Source of the DNA: an uncultured Alphaproteobacteria bacterium
GTDB taxonomy: Bacteria; Pseudomonadota; Alphaproteobacteria; JAAXGF01
Length of the DNA stretch: 51,106 nucleotides
Direction: 5' to 3'
Assembly (NCBI GenBank): GCA_964475385.1
Contig: CAYYWV010000003.1
Coordinates: 1-51,106, forward strand
Part shown: positions 27,492 to 36,819 of the stretch, one piece after another
Position numbering within the stretch: the stretch's first letter is position 1
Layout of the letters: the number at the start of each line of letters is the position of its first letter
Position numbers and translations under genes: made by a program
Notes under the pieces: generated by a model
Database searches by the model: none
What the model was told of the DNA's origin: nothing
Seen by the model: the letters and a program-made list of their open reading frames with translations, nothing else

Positions 27492-28682
27492 ATGCCCTTT
27501 CCGCTCAACCCGCTCGTCGGCGCCGTTACGGCCCCGCCCATCGCCGCGGTGCGCGCCTGGGTCGCCGACCGCCGCTTTCCCGCCGATGCGCCGCTGATCG
27601 ACCTCGCCCAAGGCGAGCCCGCCTATCCGCCGCCCGAGTCCTTGCGCGCCCATCTCGCCGAGGTCGCGCTCAGGCCCGAGAGCGCGCGTTATACGCCGAT
27701 CGAAGGGTTGCCGGCGCTGCGCGCGGCGCTCGCCGCCGACATAGGCGCGGTCTACGGCGGCCGGGTCGGGGCCGAGTCGGTCTGCATCACCGCGGGCTGC
27801 AACCAGGCCTTCTGCCTCGCGATGATGGCGCTCGCCCGCGAGGGCGATTCGGTGATCCTGCCCGCGCCGTACTACTTCAACCACCGCATGTGGCTCGACA
27901 TGCTGGGGATCGAGGCGGCGATCCTGCCGCTGAGGGCGGACGCGGGCGCGGTCCCCGACCCGGCGGACGCGGCGGCGCGGATCGGCCCGCGCACGCGCGC
28001 GATCGTGCTGGTCACCCCCAACAACCCGACCGGCGCGATCTACCCGCCCGAGACGATCGCGGCTTTCTACGATCTCGCCCGCCGCCGCGGGATCGCGCTC
28101 GTCATCGACGAGACCTACCGCGACTTCCTCGACCGCGAGGCTGCGCCCCACGATCTGTTCGCGCGTCCCGACTGGGAGGAGACGCTGGTCCACCTCTACA
28201 GCTTCTCGAAGGTCTTCGCGCTTACCGGTTACCGGGTGGGCGCCGTGGTCTCGGGACCGCGGATGGCGGCCGAGGTCGCCAAGATCGCGGACTGCGTCGC
28301 GATCTGCGCCCCGCGCATCGGGCAGGAGGCGGCGCTGTTCGGGCTCGAGCGTCTCGCCGAGTGGCGGGCCGAGAAGCGCGCCGCGCTGAGGGCTCGCGCC
28401 GCGGCGCTGCGCCAGGCCTTTCGCCTCAACGAGCTGCGCTACGAGCTGATCAGCCTGGGCGGGTTCTTCGCCTATGTCCGCCATCCCTTCGCCGGCGAGG
28501 ACGCCGAGAGCGTGGCCCGCAGGCTCGCTCGCGACCACGGGCTTCTCTCGTTGCCGGGCGGGGTCTTCGGCCCCGGCCAAGGGGCCTATCTGCGGCTCGC
28601 CTTCGCCAACGTGGGCGCCGAGGCCATGCCAGACGTCGCGCGCCGGCTCGCCGCCAGCGAGGAGCCAAGCGGCGGGGCCTGA
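27492..28682 (+). CDS. PLP-dependent class I aminotransferase
   Basis: TAGCNQAF, VTPNNPTG, DETYRDF and YSFSKVFALTGYRVG. Confidence 0.9.
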   Translation: MPFPLNPLVGAVTAPPIAAVRAWVADRRFPADAPLIDLAQGEPAYPPPESLRAHLAEVALRPESARYTPIEGLPALRAALAADIGAVYGGRVGAESVCITAGCNQAFCLAMMALAREGDSVILPAPYYFNHRMWLDMLGIEAAILPLRADAGAVPDPADAAARIGPRTRAIVLVTPNNPTGAIYPPETIAAFYDLARRRGIALVIDETYRDFLDREAAPHDLFARPDWEETLVHLYSFSKVFALTGYRVGAVVSGPRMAAEVAKIADCVAICAPRIGQEAALFGLERLAEWRAEKRAALRARAAALRQAFRLNELRYELISLGGFFAYVRHPFAGEDAESVARRLARDHGLLSLPGGVFGPGQGAYLRLAFANVGAEAMPDVARRLAASEEPSGGA

Positions 28683-28755
28683 ACCCTTTGAACGCGGCCC
28701 GGCATTCCACTATGACAAGAATCGATCGGCCACGCGGAGGAGGAGAGGACGGACC

Positions 28756-29754
28756 ATGACCGACGAACGCTTCACGGCGCTGGTTCTCAACGAGCGCGAG
28801 GGCAAGGTGACGGGCGCGCTCGAAACGTTGGATGCGGCGGCCCTTCCCGAAGGCGACGTGACCGTCCGGGTCGCGTACTCGAGCCTCAACTACAAGGACG
28901 GGCTGATTCTCACCGGCAAGGGGCGGCTGGTGCGCGATTACCCCCATGTGCCGGGGGTCGATCTCGTGGGCACGGTGGAGGCCTCCGATTCGCCCGCCTT
29001 CAAGCCCGGCGACGCGGTGGTCGTGACCGGCTGGTTCGTCGGCGAGCGCCACTGGGGCGGCTACGCCCAGAAGGCGCGGGTCAAGTCCGACTGGGTGCTG
29101 CCGTTGCCCGAAGGGCTCACGCCCAAGCGGGCGATGGCGATCGGCACCGCGGGGCTCACGGCCATGCTCTCTGTGCTCGCCCTCGAAGAGCACGGGCTTC
29201 GGCCCGGCGACGGCGAGGTGGTGGTGAGCGGGGCGGCCGGCGGCGTGGGCAGCGTAGCGGTCGCGCTTCTCGCCCGGGCCGGGCATGCGGTGGTCGCCTC
29301 GACCGGGCGGGCCGAAGCCCACGAGTACCTGCGCGCGCTCGGCGCGCAGACGATCATCGACCGGGCCGAGCTCGCCGAGCCGTCGAACCGGCCGCTCGCG
29401 TCCGAGCGCTGGGCGGGCGCGGTCGACAGCGTGGGCGGGCACACGCTCGCCAACATCCTGCGCGCCACGCGCTATGGGCGCAGCGTCGCGGCCTGCGGGC
29501 TCGCCGGCGGGGCCGAGCTGCCGGTGACGGTCATTCCCTTCATCCTGCGCGGGGTGAACCTGTTGGGCATCGAATCGGTCCAGTGCCCGACGCCCCGCCG
29601 CCGCGAGGCCTGGGCGCGGCTCGCCCGCGAGCTTCCGGCCGAGACCCTGGATGCGGTGACCGAGGTGGTCCCCTTGAGTCGGGCGCTCGATCTCGGGCCG
29701 AAGATCCTCGCCGGCCAGGTGCGCGGCCGCGTCGTCGTCGACGTCAACGCCTGA
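28756..29754 (+). CDS. acuI: Acryloyl-CoA reductase AcuI/YhdH (MDR family)
   Basis: YSSLNYKD, AMAIGTAGLTA, GAAGGVGS, PFILRGVNLLGIES and GRVVVDV; GGAG SD. Confidence 0.88.
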   Translation: MTDERFTALVLNEREGKVTGALETLDAAALPEGDVTVRVAYSSLNYKDGLILTGKGRLVRDYPHVPGVDLVGTVEASDSPAFKPGDAVVVTGWFVGERHWGGYAQKARVKSDWVLPLPEGLTPKRAMAIGTAGLTAMLSVLALEEHGLRPGDGEVVVSGAAGGVGSVAVALLARAGHAVVASTGRAEAHEYLRALGAQTIIDRAELAEPSNRPLASERWAGAVDSVGGHTLANILRATRYGRSVAACGLAGGAELPVTVIPFILRGVNLLGIESVQCPTPRRREAWARLARELPAETLDAVTEVVPLSRALDLGPKILAGQVRGRVVVDVNA

Positions 29755-29813
29755 GTGTATCCCGCCGGGGCGTTGGCCCGCGCGCGCTTTCCCGCGGACG
29801 CGCGAGCCGTCGT

Positions 29814-30938
29814 TCACGCGTCCGCCCGGCGGAGGCGGCCAGGCGCGAAGGCGGCCGGGTCGACGCCCGCGTCCAGAATCTCAGGGGGCGCATCCTCGCC
29901 GAGAACCAGCGCGGCGGCGAGGCGCGAGAGCGCGGGCGCGGTCATGATGCCGACGCCCCCTTGGCCCGCGAGCCAGAAGAAGCCCTCGCAGCCCTCGTCG
30001 TAACCGACCACCGGCAAATGGTCGGCGACGAAGCTGCGCAGGCCCGCCCAGCGGTGGCTCGGACGGCGCACGGTCAGCGTGGTCGCGCGCTCGATCCGGT
30101 CGATGGCGACGGCGATGTCGATCTCTTCGGGCTGGACGTCGCAGGGCGGCATCGGCGTCTCGTCGGCGGGCGAGGCGAGGATGCGCCCGGCGTCGGGGCG
30201 GAAGTAGAACTCTTCGTCGACGTCGACCACCATCGGCCAGGGCGCGGGATCGACGCCGGCGGGCGGGTCGAACACGATCACCGTGCGCCGCTTAGGGACA
30301 AGGCCGACCGGCGCGGCCCCGGCGAGCGTCGCGATCTCGTCGGCCCAGGCCCCGGCCGCATCGACGAGCACCGGGGCGGCGAAGGTTCCGGCCCGGGTCT
30401 CGATGCGCCACAGGCCGCGCGCGCGCTCCGCGGCCGTGACCTCGGCGTCGAGGATGAGCGCTCCGCCGTTCGCCTTCAGCCCGCGCAAGTAGCCGTGATG
30501 AAGGCCGTGGACGTCGAGCTCGACCGCATGCCTTTCGAGCGCCGCGGCGGCGACGTAATCGGCCCGCAGCACGGGCGCGAGCGCGCGGGCGCGCGCCGCG
30601 TCGATCGCTTCGAGCGCGTCCGGCTGGGCGGCGAGCGCGGCCTCGAGCGCCGCCGTCTGATCGGCGCGGGCGACGAGCATGAGCGGGCGCGGAGAGACCA
30701 ACGGCGCCTCGGCGAAGCCGGCCGGGGGCGCGAAGAAGAAGTCGCGGCTCGCCGCGGCGAGGGCGCGCACCGGGGCCTCGCCGTAAGAGCGCAGGAACAT
30801 CGCCGCCGAGCGCCCGGTGGTGTGGTAGCCGGGCGCGCTCTCGCGCTCGAGCGCCAGCACCCGGCGCGCGCCCGAGAGCGCGAAAGCGACCGAAGCGCCG
30901 GCGATGCCCGCGCCGATGACGATGACGTCGTAGTCCAT
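29814..30938 (-). CDS. FAD-dependent oxidoreductase (DAO / sarcosine-oxidase-beta-like)
   Basis: IGAGIAG, GYHTTGRSAA, AAGAWAD, WAGLRSF and GQGGVGI. Confidence 0.9.
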   Translation of the reverse strand: MDYDVIVIGAGIAGASVAFALSGARRVLALERESAPGYHTTGRSAAMFLRSYGEAPVRALAAASRDFFFAPPAGFAEAPLVSPRPLMLVARADQTAALEAALAAQPDALEAIDAARARALAPVLRADYVAAAALERHAVELDVHGLHHGYLRGLKANGGALILDAEVTAAERARGLWRIETRAGTFAAPVLVDAAGAWADEIATLAGAAPVGLVPKRRTVIVFDPPAGVDPAPWPMVVDVDEEFYFRPDAGRILASPADETPMPPCDVQPEEIDIAVAIDRIERATTLTVRRPSHRWAGLRSFVADHLPVVGYDEGCEGFFWLAGQGGVGIMTAPALSRLAAALVLGEDAPPEILDAGVDPAAFAPGRLRRADA

Positions 30939-31121
30939 GAACCGATACTCCGATTGAACGCCGGCCGGCGCGATGCGCGGTGATTATAGAACCAGAGGCC
31001 GAGCGGGGAACAGACGGCGAGCGTCGGCCCGGTATGGTCGATAAACGGCGCGAGCGCCTGTCGTCGCCGTTTGGGACGCAGGCTTGTGAACCTCGTTCGG
31101 GCTCGTTACTCTCGCTCGCCC

Positions 31122-31727
31122 ATGAGCCACAACACCTGGATCCACCGTTTCGTGCGCCCGGCCGTGCGGCCGCTCGCGCATAGCCGGCTCACGCCCAATC
31201 ACGTCACCACGCTGAGATTGATCGCCGGGACGGCGGCGGCGGGGGCTTACGCGCTCGGGACCGAAGCGGGCTATCTCTGGGGCGGCGTCCTGTTCGTCGC
31301 TTCGATCCTGTTCGACCGCGCCGACGGCGAGCTCGCCAGGCTCGGCGGCAAGGCGACGCGTTGGGGCCACGTCTACGACCTCTGTGTCGATTCGTTCTGC
31401 AACGCGATCGTCTTCGTCGGCCTGGGCTGGGGCTTGCGGGGCGGCGCGCTCGGGCCGTGGGCGGTCGCGCTCGGCGTTCTCGCCGGGGCGGCGATCGCCG
31501 CCATCCTCTTCATGACGCTCAAGATCGAGGCCCTCGCCGGCCCGCGGGCGGGCGAGCTCGAGGGCGCGGCGGGATTCGATCCTGACGATGCGATCGCGAT
31601 CGTCCCTCTTGCGGTCTGGATGGGTTGGCCCAAGGCGCTTTTGGTTGCGGCGGCCATCGGCGCGCCGGCCTTCGCGGTTCTGGTCTTCGCCGTTCTGCAA
31701 CGGCGGCGGCGGCGATTACGGGCTTGA
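31122..31727 (+). CDS. CDP-alcohol phosphotransferase (complete motif)
   Basis: TPNHVT and DRADGELAR...GHVYDLCVD, matching DxxDGxxAR...GxxxDxxxD. Confidence 0.9.
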   Translation: MSHNTWIHRFVRPAVRPLAHSRLTPNHVTTLRLIAGTAAAGAYALGTEAGYLWGGVLFVASILFDRADGELARLGGKATRWGHVYDLCVDSFCNAIVFVGLGWGLRGGALGPWAVALGVLAGAAIAAILFMTLKIEALAGPRAGELEGAAGFDPDDAIAIVPLAVWMGWPKALLVAAAIGAPAFAVLVFAVLQRRRRRLRA

Positions 31728-32372
31728 CGATTGCGCGCCGTCCCGCGCCCGACGCAGCCGGTAGAGCCGCCAAGCGGTCCACAGACCGTAGACGCCCGCG
31801 CCGACCGCGCAGACGACGAAGAACCAGTCGAGGAAGCCGAACCAGGTCAGCGGCGCGAGAAGGTAGATCCCGTCCTCGATCTCGATCCCGCCCGCAGCGG
31901 GGTAGCTGACCGCGTCGCGTCCGCCGGGCGCCGCGCCCGCCCGGTCGAGCCCGATGTTGAGGGCCGTGACGCCGAGCGCCACAGCTGCCGCGAAGACGCC
32001 GAACGCAACCGCCCAAAGGCCGAGCGGGCCGTGGCGCAGCCCCACCCCGATGCCCGCAAAGAGGGCGGCGTAGCCGAGCCCGCCGCTCGCATAATCGAAG
32101 TAGTAGCCGAACCGCGTCGTCTTGCCGGTCAACCGGGCGAGCTCGCCGTCGAAGTGGTCGAGAAAACGGGCGGCGACGAACAGGCCCGCCGCCCAATGGA
32201 TGGCCGGCGCGGTCCCGTTCGCGAACAGAGCGGCCGCGGCAAGCGCAAGCGCAAGGGTTGCGGCCGTGATGTGGTTGGGGGTGATCCCGGTGGAGACGAG
32301 GGGGCGGACAAGCCTGCGCGCGATGCGTTGGTCGAACGGCGGCCGCGCGGGCGCAGTGGTGCGAACGGTCAT
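31716..32372 (-). CDS. CDP-alcohol phosphotransferase paralogue (fourth Asp replaced by Gly)
   Basis: TPNHIT and DHFDGELAR...GYYFDYASG. Confidence 0.88.
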   Translation of the reverse strand: MTVRTTAPARPPFDQRIARRLVRPLVSTGITPNHITAATLALALAAAALFANGTAPAIHWAAGLFVAARFLDHFDGELARLTGKTTRFGYYFDYASGGLGYAALFAGIGVGLRHGPLGLWAVAFGVFAAAVALGVTALNIGLDRAGAAPGGRDAVSYPAAGGIEIEDGIYLLAPLTWFGFLDWFFVVCAVGAGVYGLWTAWRLYRLRRARDGAQSSSP

Positions 32373-32378
32373 GGCCCA

Positions 32379-32499
32379 AGCCTGCGGATGGTCGCCTGAA
32401 TTGTCAATGAATCCAGGCGAAAATCGGCTCGCGCGCCATCACCAAGCCGCGACCGGCGACGGTCCGGCGATTGACCGGCGGGGCGCGATGGACCATTCT
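32379..32499. promoter_or_regulatory. Divergent sigma70-type promoters
   Basis: Minus strand TTGACA-N17-CAGGCT (32407-32379); plus strand TTGACC-N17-CATTCT (32471-32499). Confidence 0.45.
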
Positions 32500-32540
32500 C
32501 TGGACCCTGCCCGTCCTCCGGGCGTCAAGGAGGGGCTTTC

Positions 32541-33542
32541 TTGCGCCTGATTCGCCTTCTTTACCTCGTCGGCGGTGTCGTCCTGCTCGCCGTCGTGCTG
32601 GCCGAGACCGACCTTTCCGAGGTCGCCGCCCGGCTCGCCGACGTCGGGGTTTGGGGGGCGGCCGCCGTGATCGGCGTCTATGGCCTCGGCTTTCTCCTCG
32701 ACACCGCGTCCTGGCAGCTCATGCTCCTCGACGTGCCGGTCAACCCGCCCTGGCTCTATCGGCTGTGGAAGGTGCGCATGGTGGGCGAGGCCTACAACAC
32801 GGTGATGCCGGCGGCGTCCTTCGGCGGCGAGCCCGCCAAGGCGATCCTGCTCAAGAAGCGCCATCGGATCGGGTACGGCGACAGCATCGTCTCGCTGGTG
32901 ATCGCGCGCACCACCAACCTGATCGCGCTGATCTTCTTTGGTTTGGTCGGCTTTGTTCTCATGCTGAATGCCGAAGGGCTCGGCGCGACCTATCGTTTGG
33001 TGGCGGCGCTCGGCATGCTCGGCCTGGTCGTGGGCGTGGGCGCGTTCTTCGCCATCCAGCGCTGGCGGCTGTCGAGCCGGCTCGGGGGCTGGCTCGCCCG
33101 GCGTCCCTGGGGGCGGCGGATCGAGCGCATCCTCGCTCAGCTCGAGCGCGCCGACGCTGGCTTCGTCGAGTTCTACCACCGCCGCCCGCGGCGGTTCGCC
33201 GCCGCGCTCGCGCTCGCCTTCGGCAACTGGACGCTGGGCGCGGCCGAGATCGCGCTCGCGCTCTATTTCCTTGGCAAGCCGGTCAGCTTCGCCGAGGCCT
33301 GGGTGATCGAATCGGTGGTCCAGCTCGTCCGCGTCGGCACCTTCTTCGTACCGGCGAGCCTCGGCGCTCTCGAAGCGGCCTCGGTGGTCATGGTGCATGC
33401 GCTTACGGGACAGCCGGCGCTCGGCCTCGCGGCGGCGCTGGTGCGCCGCGCGCGCGAGATCCTGTTCGTCGCCTGGGGGCTCGCTTTGAGCTGGCTCGCC
33501 GCGCTCTCCCCCGTCGAGGTCGTGCGCGCCAGCTCGCGTTGA
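32541..33542 (+). CDS. Flippase-like membrane protein (lysylphosphatidylglycerol-synthase TM / UPF0104 / HpnL-like)
   Basis: About 8 TM helices; GEAYNTVMPAASFGGEPAK, FFVPASLGALE and LVRRARE; TTG start after an AGGAGG SD. Confidence 0.82.
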   Translation: MRLIRLLYLVGGVVLLAVVLAETDLSEVAARLADVGVWGAAAVIGVYGLGFLLDTASWQLMLLDVPVNPPWLYRLWKVRMVGEAYNTVMPAASFGGEPAKAILLKKRHRIGYGDSIVSLVIARTTNLIALIFFGLVGFVLMLNAEGLGATYRLVAALGMLGLVVGVGAFFAIQRWRLSSRLGGWLARRPWGRRIERILAQLERADAGFVEFYHRRPRRFAAALALAFGNWTLGAAEIALALYFLGKPVSFAEAWVIESVVQLVRVGTFFVPASLGALEAASVVMVHALTGQPALGLAAALVRRAREILFVAWGLALSWLAALSPVEVVRASSR

Positions 33543-33558
33543 GCCCCGTCTCGCCCGC

Positions 33559-36500
33559 TCAGTCGCGCCCTTCGCCCTTGGGCCAGGGGAGCACGTTGGC
33601 GGGCCCCCCGTCGCCGCCGCCCGCCGCGCGCCGGGGCGCGCCGGCCGCCGGTTCCGCTTCCGCGGAGACAGCGGGGGCGGCTGCGAAGCGCGGGCGTCTG
33701 ACGGCGAGCACCAAGCTCAGAAGCGGCGGGATGATCACGAGGGTAAGGAGCGCCGACAGCGCGAGCCCGCCGACCACCACCGAGCCCAGCCCGCGGTAGA
33801 GCTCCGAGCCCGCGCCCGGGAACAGAACCAACGGCAGCATGCCGAACACGCTGGTGAGCGTCGACATGAAGATCGGCCGCAGGCGGTTTCGCGTCGCCTC
33901 GCAGATGGCGTCCGCGGGCTCTTGGTTCCCGGTCCGGATCAGGTGCAGGGTCTGGTGGACCAAAAGGATCGCGTTGTTGACCACGATCCCGATCAGGATG
34001 ACGAAGCCGAGCATCGTCAGCATGTCGAGCGGCTGGAAAACGAAGCGGTTGAGCGCCAACAGCCCGGCCACCCCGCCCGCGGTCGCGAGCGGCACCGAAA
34101 GGACGATGATGAAGGGAAAGACGAAGCTCTCGAACAGCACCGCCATCAGGAGATAGGTGATCGCGAGCGCGACGGCGAGGAACAGCTTCATCGCGCCCCA
34201 GGTCTGGGTGAGCTTGTCCGCGGTGCCCGAGAGCCGCAGCTTCACCCCCGCCGGCAGGCCTTTGGCCTCGAGCGGGGCGATGACGCGGTCGCGAATCGTC
34301 GCGATCGCGGTCTCGAGCGGGATCTCGGGCGCGGGCGTGATCTTGAGCGTGACCGTGCGGACCCGGCCGCGGTGGCGGATCTCGGTCGGCCCGGCGGTCA
34401 TCTTCACCGTGGCGAGCGAGGCGAGCGGCACGATCCGCCCGTCCGCGACGACGATGGGGAGCTGGGCGATGCCCTGGGTCGCGGTGACCTCGTTGTCGGG
34501 GCCTTGAAGGGTGAGGTCGATGCGGCGGCCGTCGACCGTGACCTCGGCGACGCGGAGCCCCGAGTTGAAGGCGTCGATCGTCTCGCCGAGCCCGGTCACC
34601 GTCATGCCGTTGTCGGCGAGCCGCACCGGATCGGGCGCGATGCGCAGCTCGGGCGCGCCGAGCTCGAGCCCCGGCACCGGGCGGAACTGGTTGCCCTGGT
34701 CGAGCGGCATCGCCCGCATCAAAAGCCCGGTCGCTTGGCGTGCGGTCGCCAGAACCTCGCCGAGGTCGGGGCCCGAGACATCGAGATCGACCGATCGTCC
34801 GCCCCCGATCCCCCGCCCGAACAGCGGGTACTGGTTGATCGCGCCGAAGGTGCCGGGCTCGCGGAAGGCGGCGCGCTGAAGGATCGGGATCAGCTCGGGG
34901 GCGCGCTCGGGCTCGGCGGCCGCCGCGCCGAGGAAGGTGCTCCCCCGGGTCGCGACGAAGAAGAAGCGGTCGAGCCGGGGCGGCGCGTCCGGAGGCGCGG
35001 TCGCGCCTGCGTTCTCGGCGAGAAGCGGCAGAACCTCGGCCTCGATCCGGCCGGCGATCTCGGTCGTGGTCTCGAGGTTGTAGCCGGGCGGCGGCAGGAT
35101 GTAGCCGAACACCAGGTTGCGGTTGCCGTTGGGCAGGTACTCGAGCTTGGGCAGGTAGAGATAAGTGCCCACCGCCGCCGCGCCGCAGATCGCGCCGACC
35201 ACGACAAGCGCGAACAGGCGGCTTCGCGTCGCGAGCCGCACGAATCCGAGAACGCCCGCCGAGAAGCCGCGCGCGAGCCCGTCGAGCCCCGGCAGACGCA
35301 GCATCCGCGCGCCGTCCCCGGGCAGGAGCTTGACCGCGAGCGCCGGGATCACCGTGATCGCCACCAGAAGCGACAGCAGCACCGAGACCGAGATTGCGAC
35401 CGCGATGTCGCGGAAGAGCTGCCCCACTTCGAGGTCGAGCACCAGGATAGGCACGAAAACCATCACCGTGGTCAGCGCCGAGACCAGAACCGCGCTCCAC
35501 ACCTCGCGCGCGCCGCGGTGCGCCGCCTCGACCCGCTCGGCCCCGCTCTCGCGCAGGCGGAAGATGTTTTCGAGAACGACGATCGCCGCATCCACCACCA
35601 TGCCGACGGCGAAGGCGATGCCGGCGAGCGAGATCACGTTGATCGACCGCCCCATCGCCGCCATGGCGACGAAGGCGCCCACCACCGAGACCGGGATCGC
35701 GAGCGAGATGATCAGCGTCGCCCGCCACGAGCGCAGGAACAGAAGAAGGATGAACGCCGCCAACAGTCCGCCGACCCAGACATTCTGGCGCACGAGATCG
35801 ATCGCCGAGTTGATATAGACCGTTTCGTCGTAGACCTGGCGCAGGGTGAGCCCCGCCGCCTTGACCGGCCCGGCCTGGAGCTCGGCCACCGCGGCGCGGA
35901 TGCCGTCCATGGTCTCGATCACGTTGGCGCCGGTCTCGCGTTTGACGCTCAGGGCGATGGCCGGCTCGCCGTTGAAGCGGATGCGCGCGCTCGGGTCTTT
36001 GTAATTGAAATCCACGTCGGCGATGTCGCCCACCGAGACCCGGGCGATGCGGCCGGTCTCGGGGTCTATGGCGCTGCGCAGGACGACCGCGCGCACGCGC
36101 GCGATCGAGTTGAGCTCGGCGTCGGCGCGCACCACGTAGCGGCGCTTGCCTTCCTCGACGTCGCCGGCCGAGACCGACAGGTTCGCCGCCCTGAGCGCGC
36201 GCAGGACGTCGGGCACCGTCAGGCGGTAGCGCGCCATGCGGCCGGGATCGACGGTCACCCGCAGCTCGCGCTCGCGCCCGCCGTAAACATCGACCCGCCC
36301 GACGCCCGGGACGCGTTCGAGCCGGTCCTGGATCACGTCGCTTGCGAAGTCGCCGTAAGTGCCGATGTCGCGTTCGTTGCCGGGCGCGCGGCGCAGAACC
36401 AGCCAGGCGATCGACTGGTCTTCGGCGGCCGCGGTGCGAAGCGTCGGCTCGTCGGCCTCCTCGGGGTAGCCGTTGACCCGGTCGAGTCGGTTGGAGACCA

Positions 36501-36819
36501 GCAGAAGCGCCCGGTCCATGTTCTGGCCGACGCGGAACTCAAGCGTGATCCGCGCCCGGCCGTCCTCGGCCCGGCTCTCCATATCGGTCAGCCCTTCGAG
36601 TCCCTTGAGCGCGTCCTCCTGGCGGTTGACGATCTCGCGCTCGACCTCGGCGGGCGAGCCGCCGGGCCACAGGGTCGTCACCGTGATGACCGGGCGGCGA
36701 ACGTCGGGAGCGAGTTGGATCGGGATGATGCGGAGCGCGAGCACGCCGAACATCACGACCATCAGCACCGCCGCGACGACGGCGATGGGACGCGCGATGG
36801 CGGTGCGGATCAGGTCCAT
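33559..36819 (-). CDS. RND efflux permease, AcrB/AcrD/AcrF family
   Basis: 1086 aa; GMVVDAAIVVLENI, GIVVNNAIL and RLRPIFMSTLT. Confidence 0.95.
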   Translation of the reverse strand: MDLIRTAIARPIAVVAAVLMVVMFGVLALRIIPIQLAPDVRRPVITVTTLWPGGSPAEVEREIVNRQEDALKGLEGLTDMESRAEDGRARITLEFRVGQNMDRALLLVSNRLDRVNGYPEEADEPTLRTAAAEDQSIAWLVLRRAPGNERDIGTYGDFASDVIQDRLERVPGVGRVDVYGGRERELRVTVDPGRMARYRLTVPDVLRALRAANLSVSAGDVEEGKRRYVVRADAELNSIARVRAVVLRSAIDPETGRIARVSVGDIADVDFNYKDPSARIRFNGEPAIALSVKRETGANVIETMDGIRAAVAELQAGPVKAAGLTLRQVYDETVYINSAIDLVRQNVWVGGLLAAFILLLFLRSWRATLIISLAIPVSVVGAFVAMAAMGRSINVISLAGIAFAVGMVVDAAIVVLENIFRLRESGAERVEAAHRGAREVWSAVLVSALTTVMVFVPILVLDLEVGQLFRDIAVAISVSVLLSLLVAITVIPALAVKLLPGDGARMLRLPGLDGLARGFSAGVLGFVRLATRSRLFALVVVGAICGAAAVGTYLYLPKLEYLPNGNRNLVFGYILPPPGYNLETTTEIAGRIEAEVLPLLAENAGATAPPDAPPRLDRFFFVATRGSTFLGAAAAEPERAPELIPILQRAAFREPGTFGAINQYPLFGRGIGGGRSVDLDVSGPDLGEVLATARQATGLLMRAMPLDQGNQFRPVPGLELGAPELRIAPDPVRLADNGMTVTGLGETIDAFNSGLRVAEVTVDGRRIDLTLQGPDNEVTATQGIAQLPIVVADGRIVPLASLATVKMTAGPTEIRHRGRVRTVTLKITPAPEIPLETAIATIRDRVIAPLEAKGLPAGVKLRLSGTADKLTQTWGAMKLFLAVALAITYLLMAVLFESFVFPFIIVLSVPLATAGGVAGLLALNRFVFQPLDMLTMLGFVILIGIVVNNAILLVHQTLHLIRTGNQEPADAICEATRNRLRPIFMSTLTSVFGMLPLVLFPGAGSELYRGLGSVVVGGLALSALLTLVIIPPLLSLVLAVRRPRFAAAPAVSAEAEPAAGAPRRAAGGGDGGPANVLPWPKGEGRD

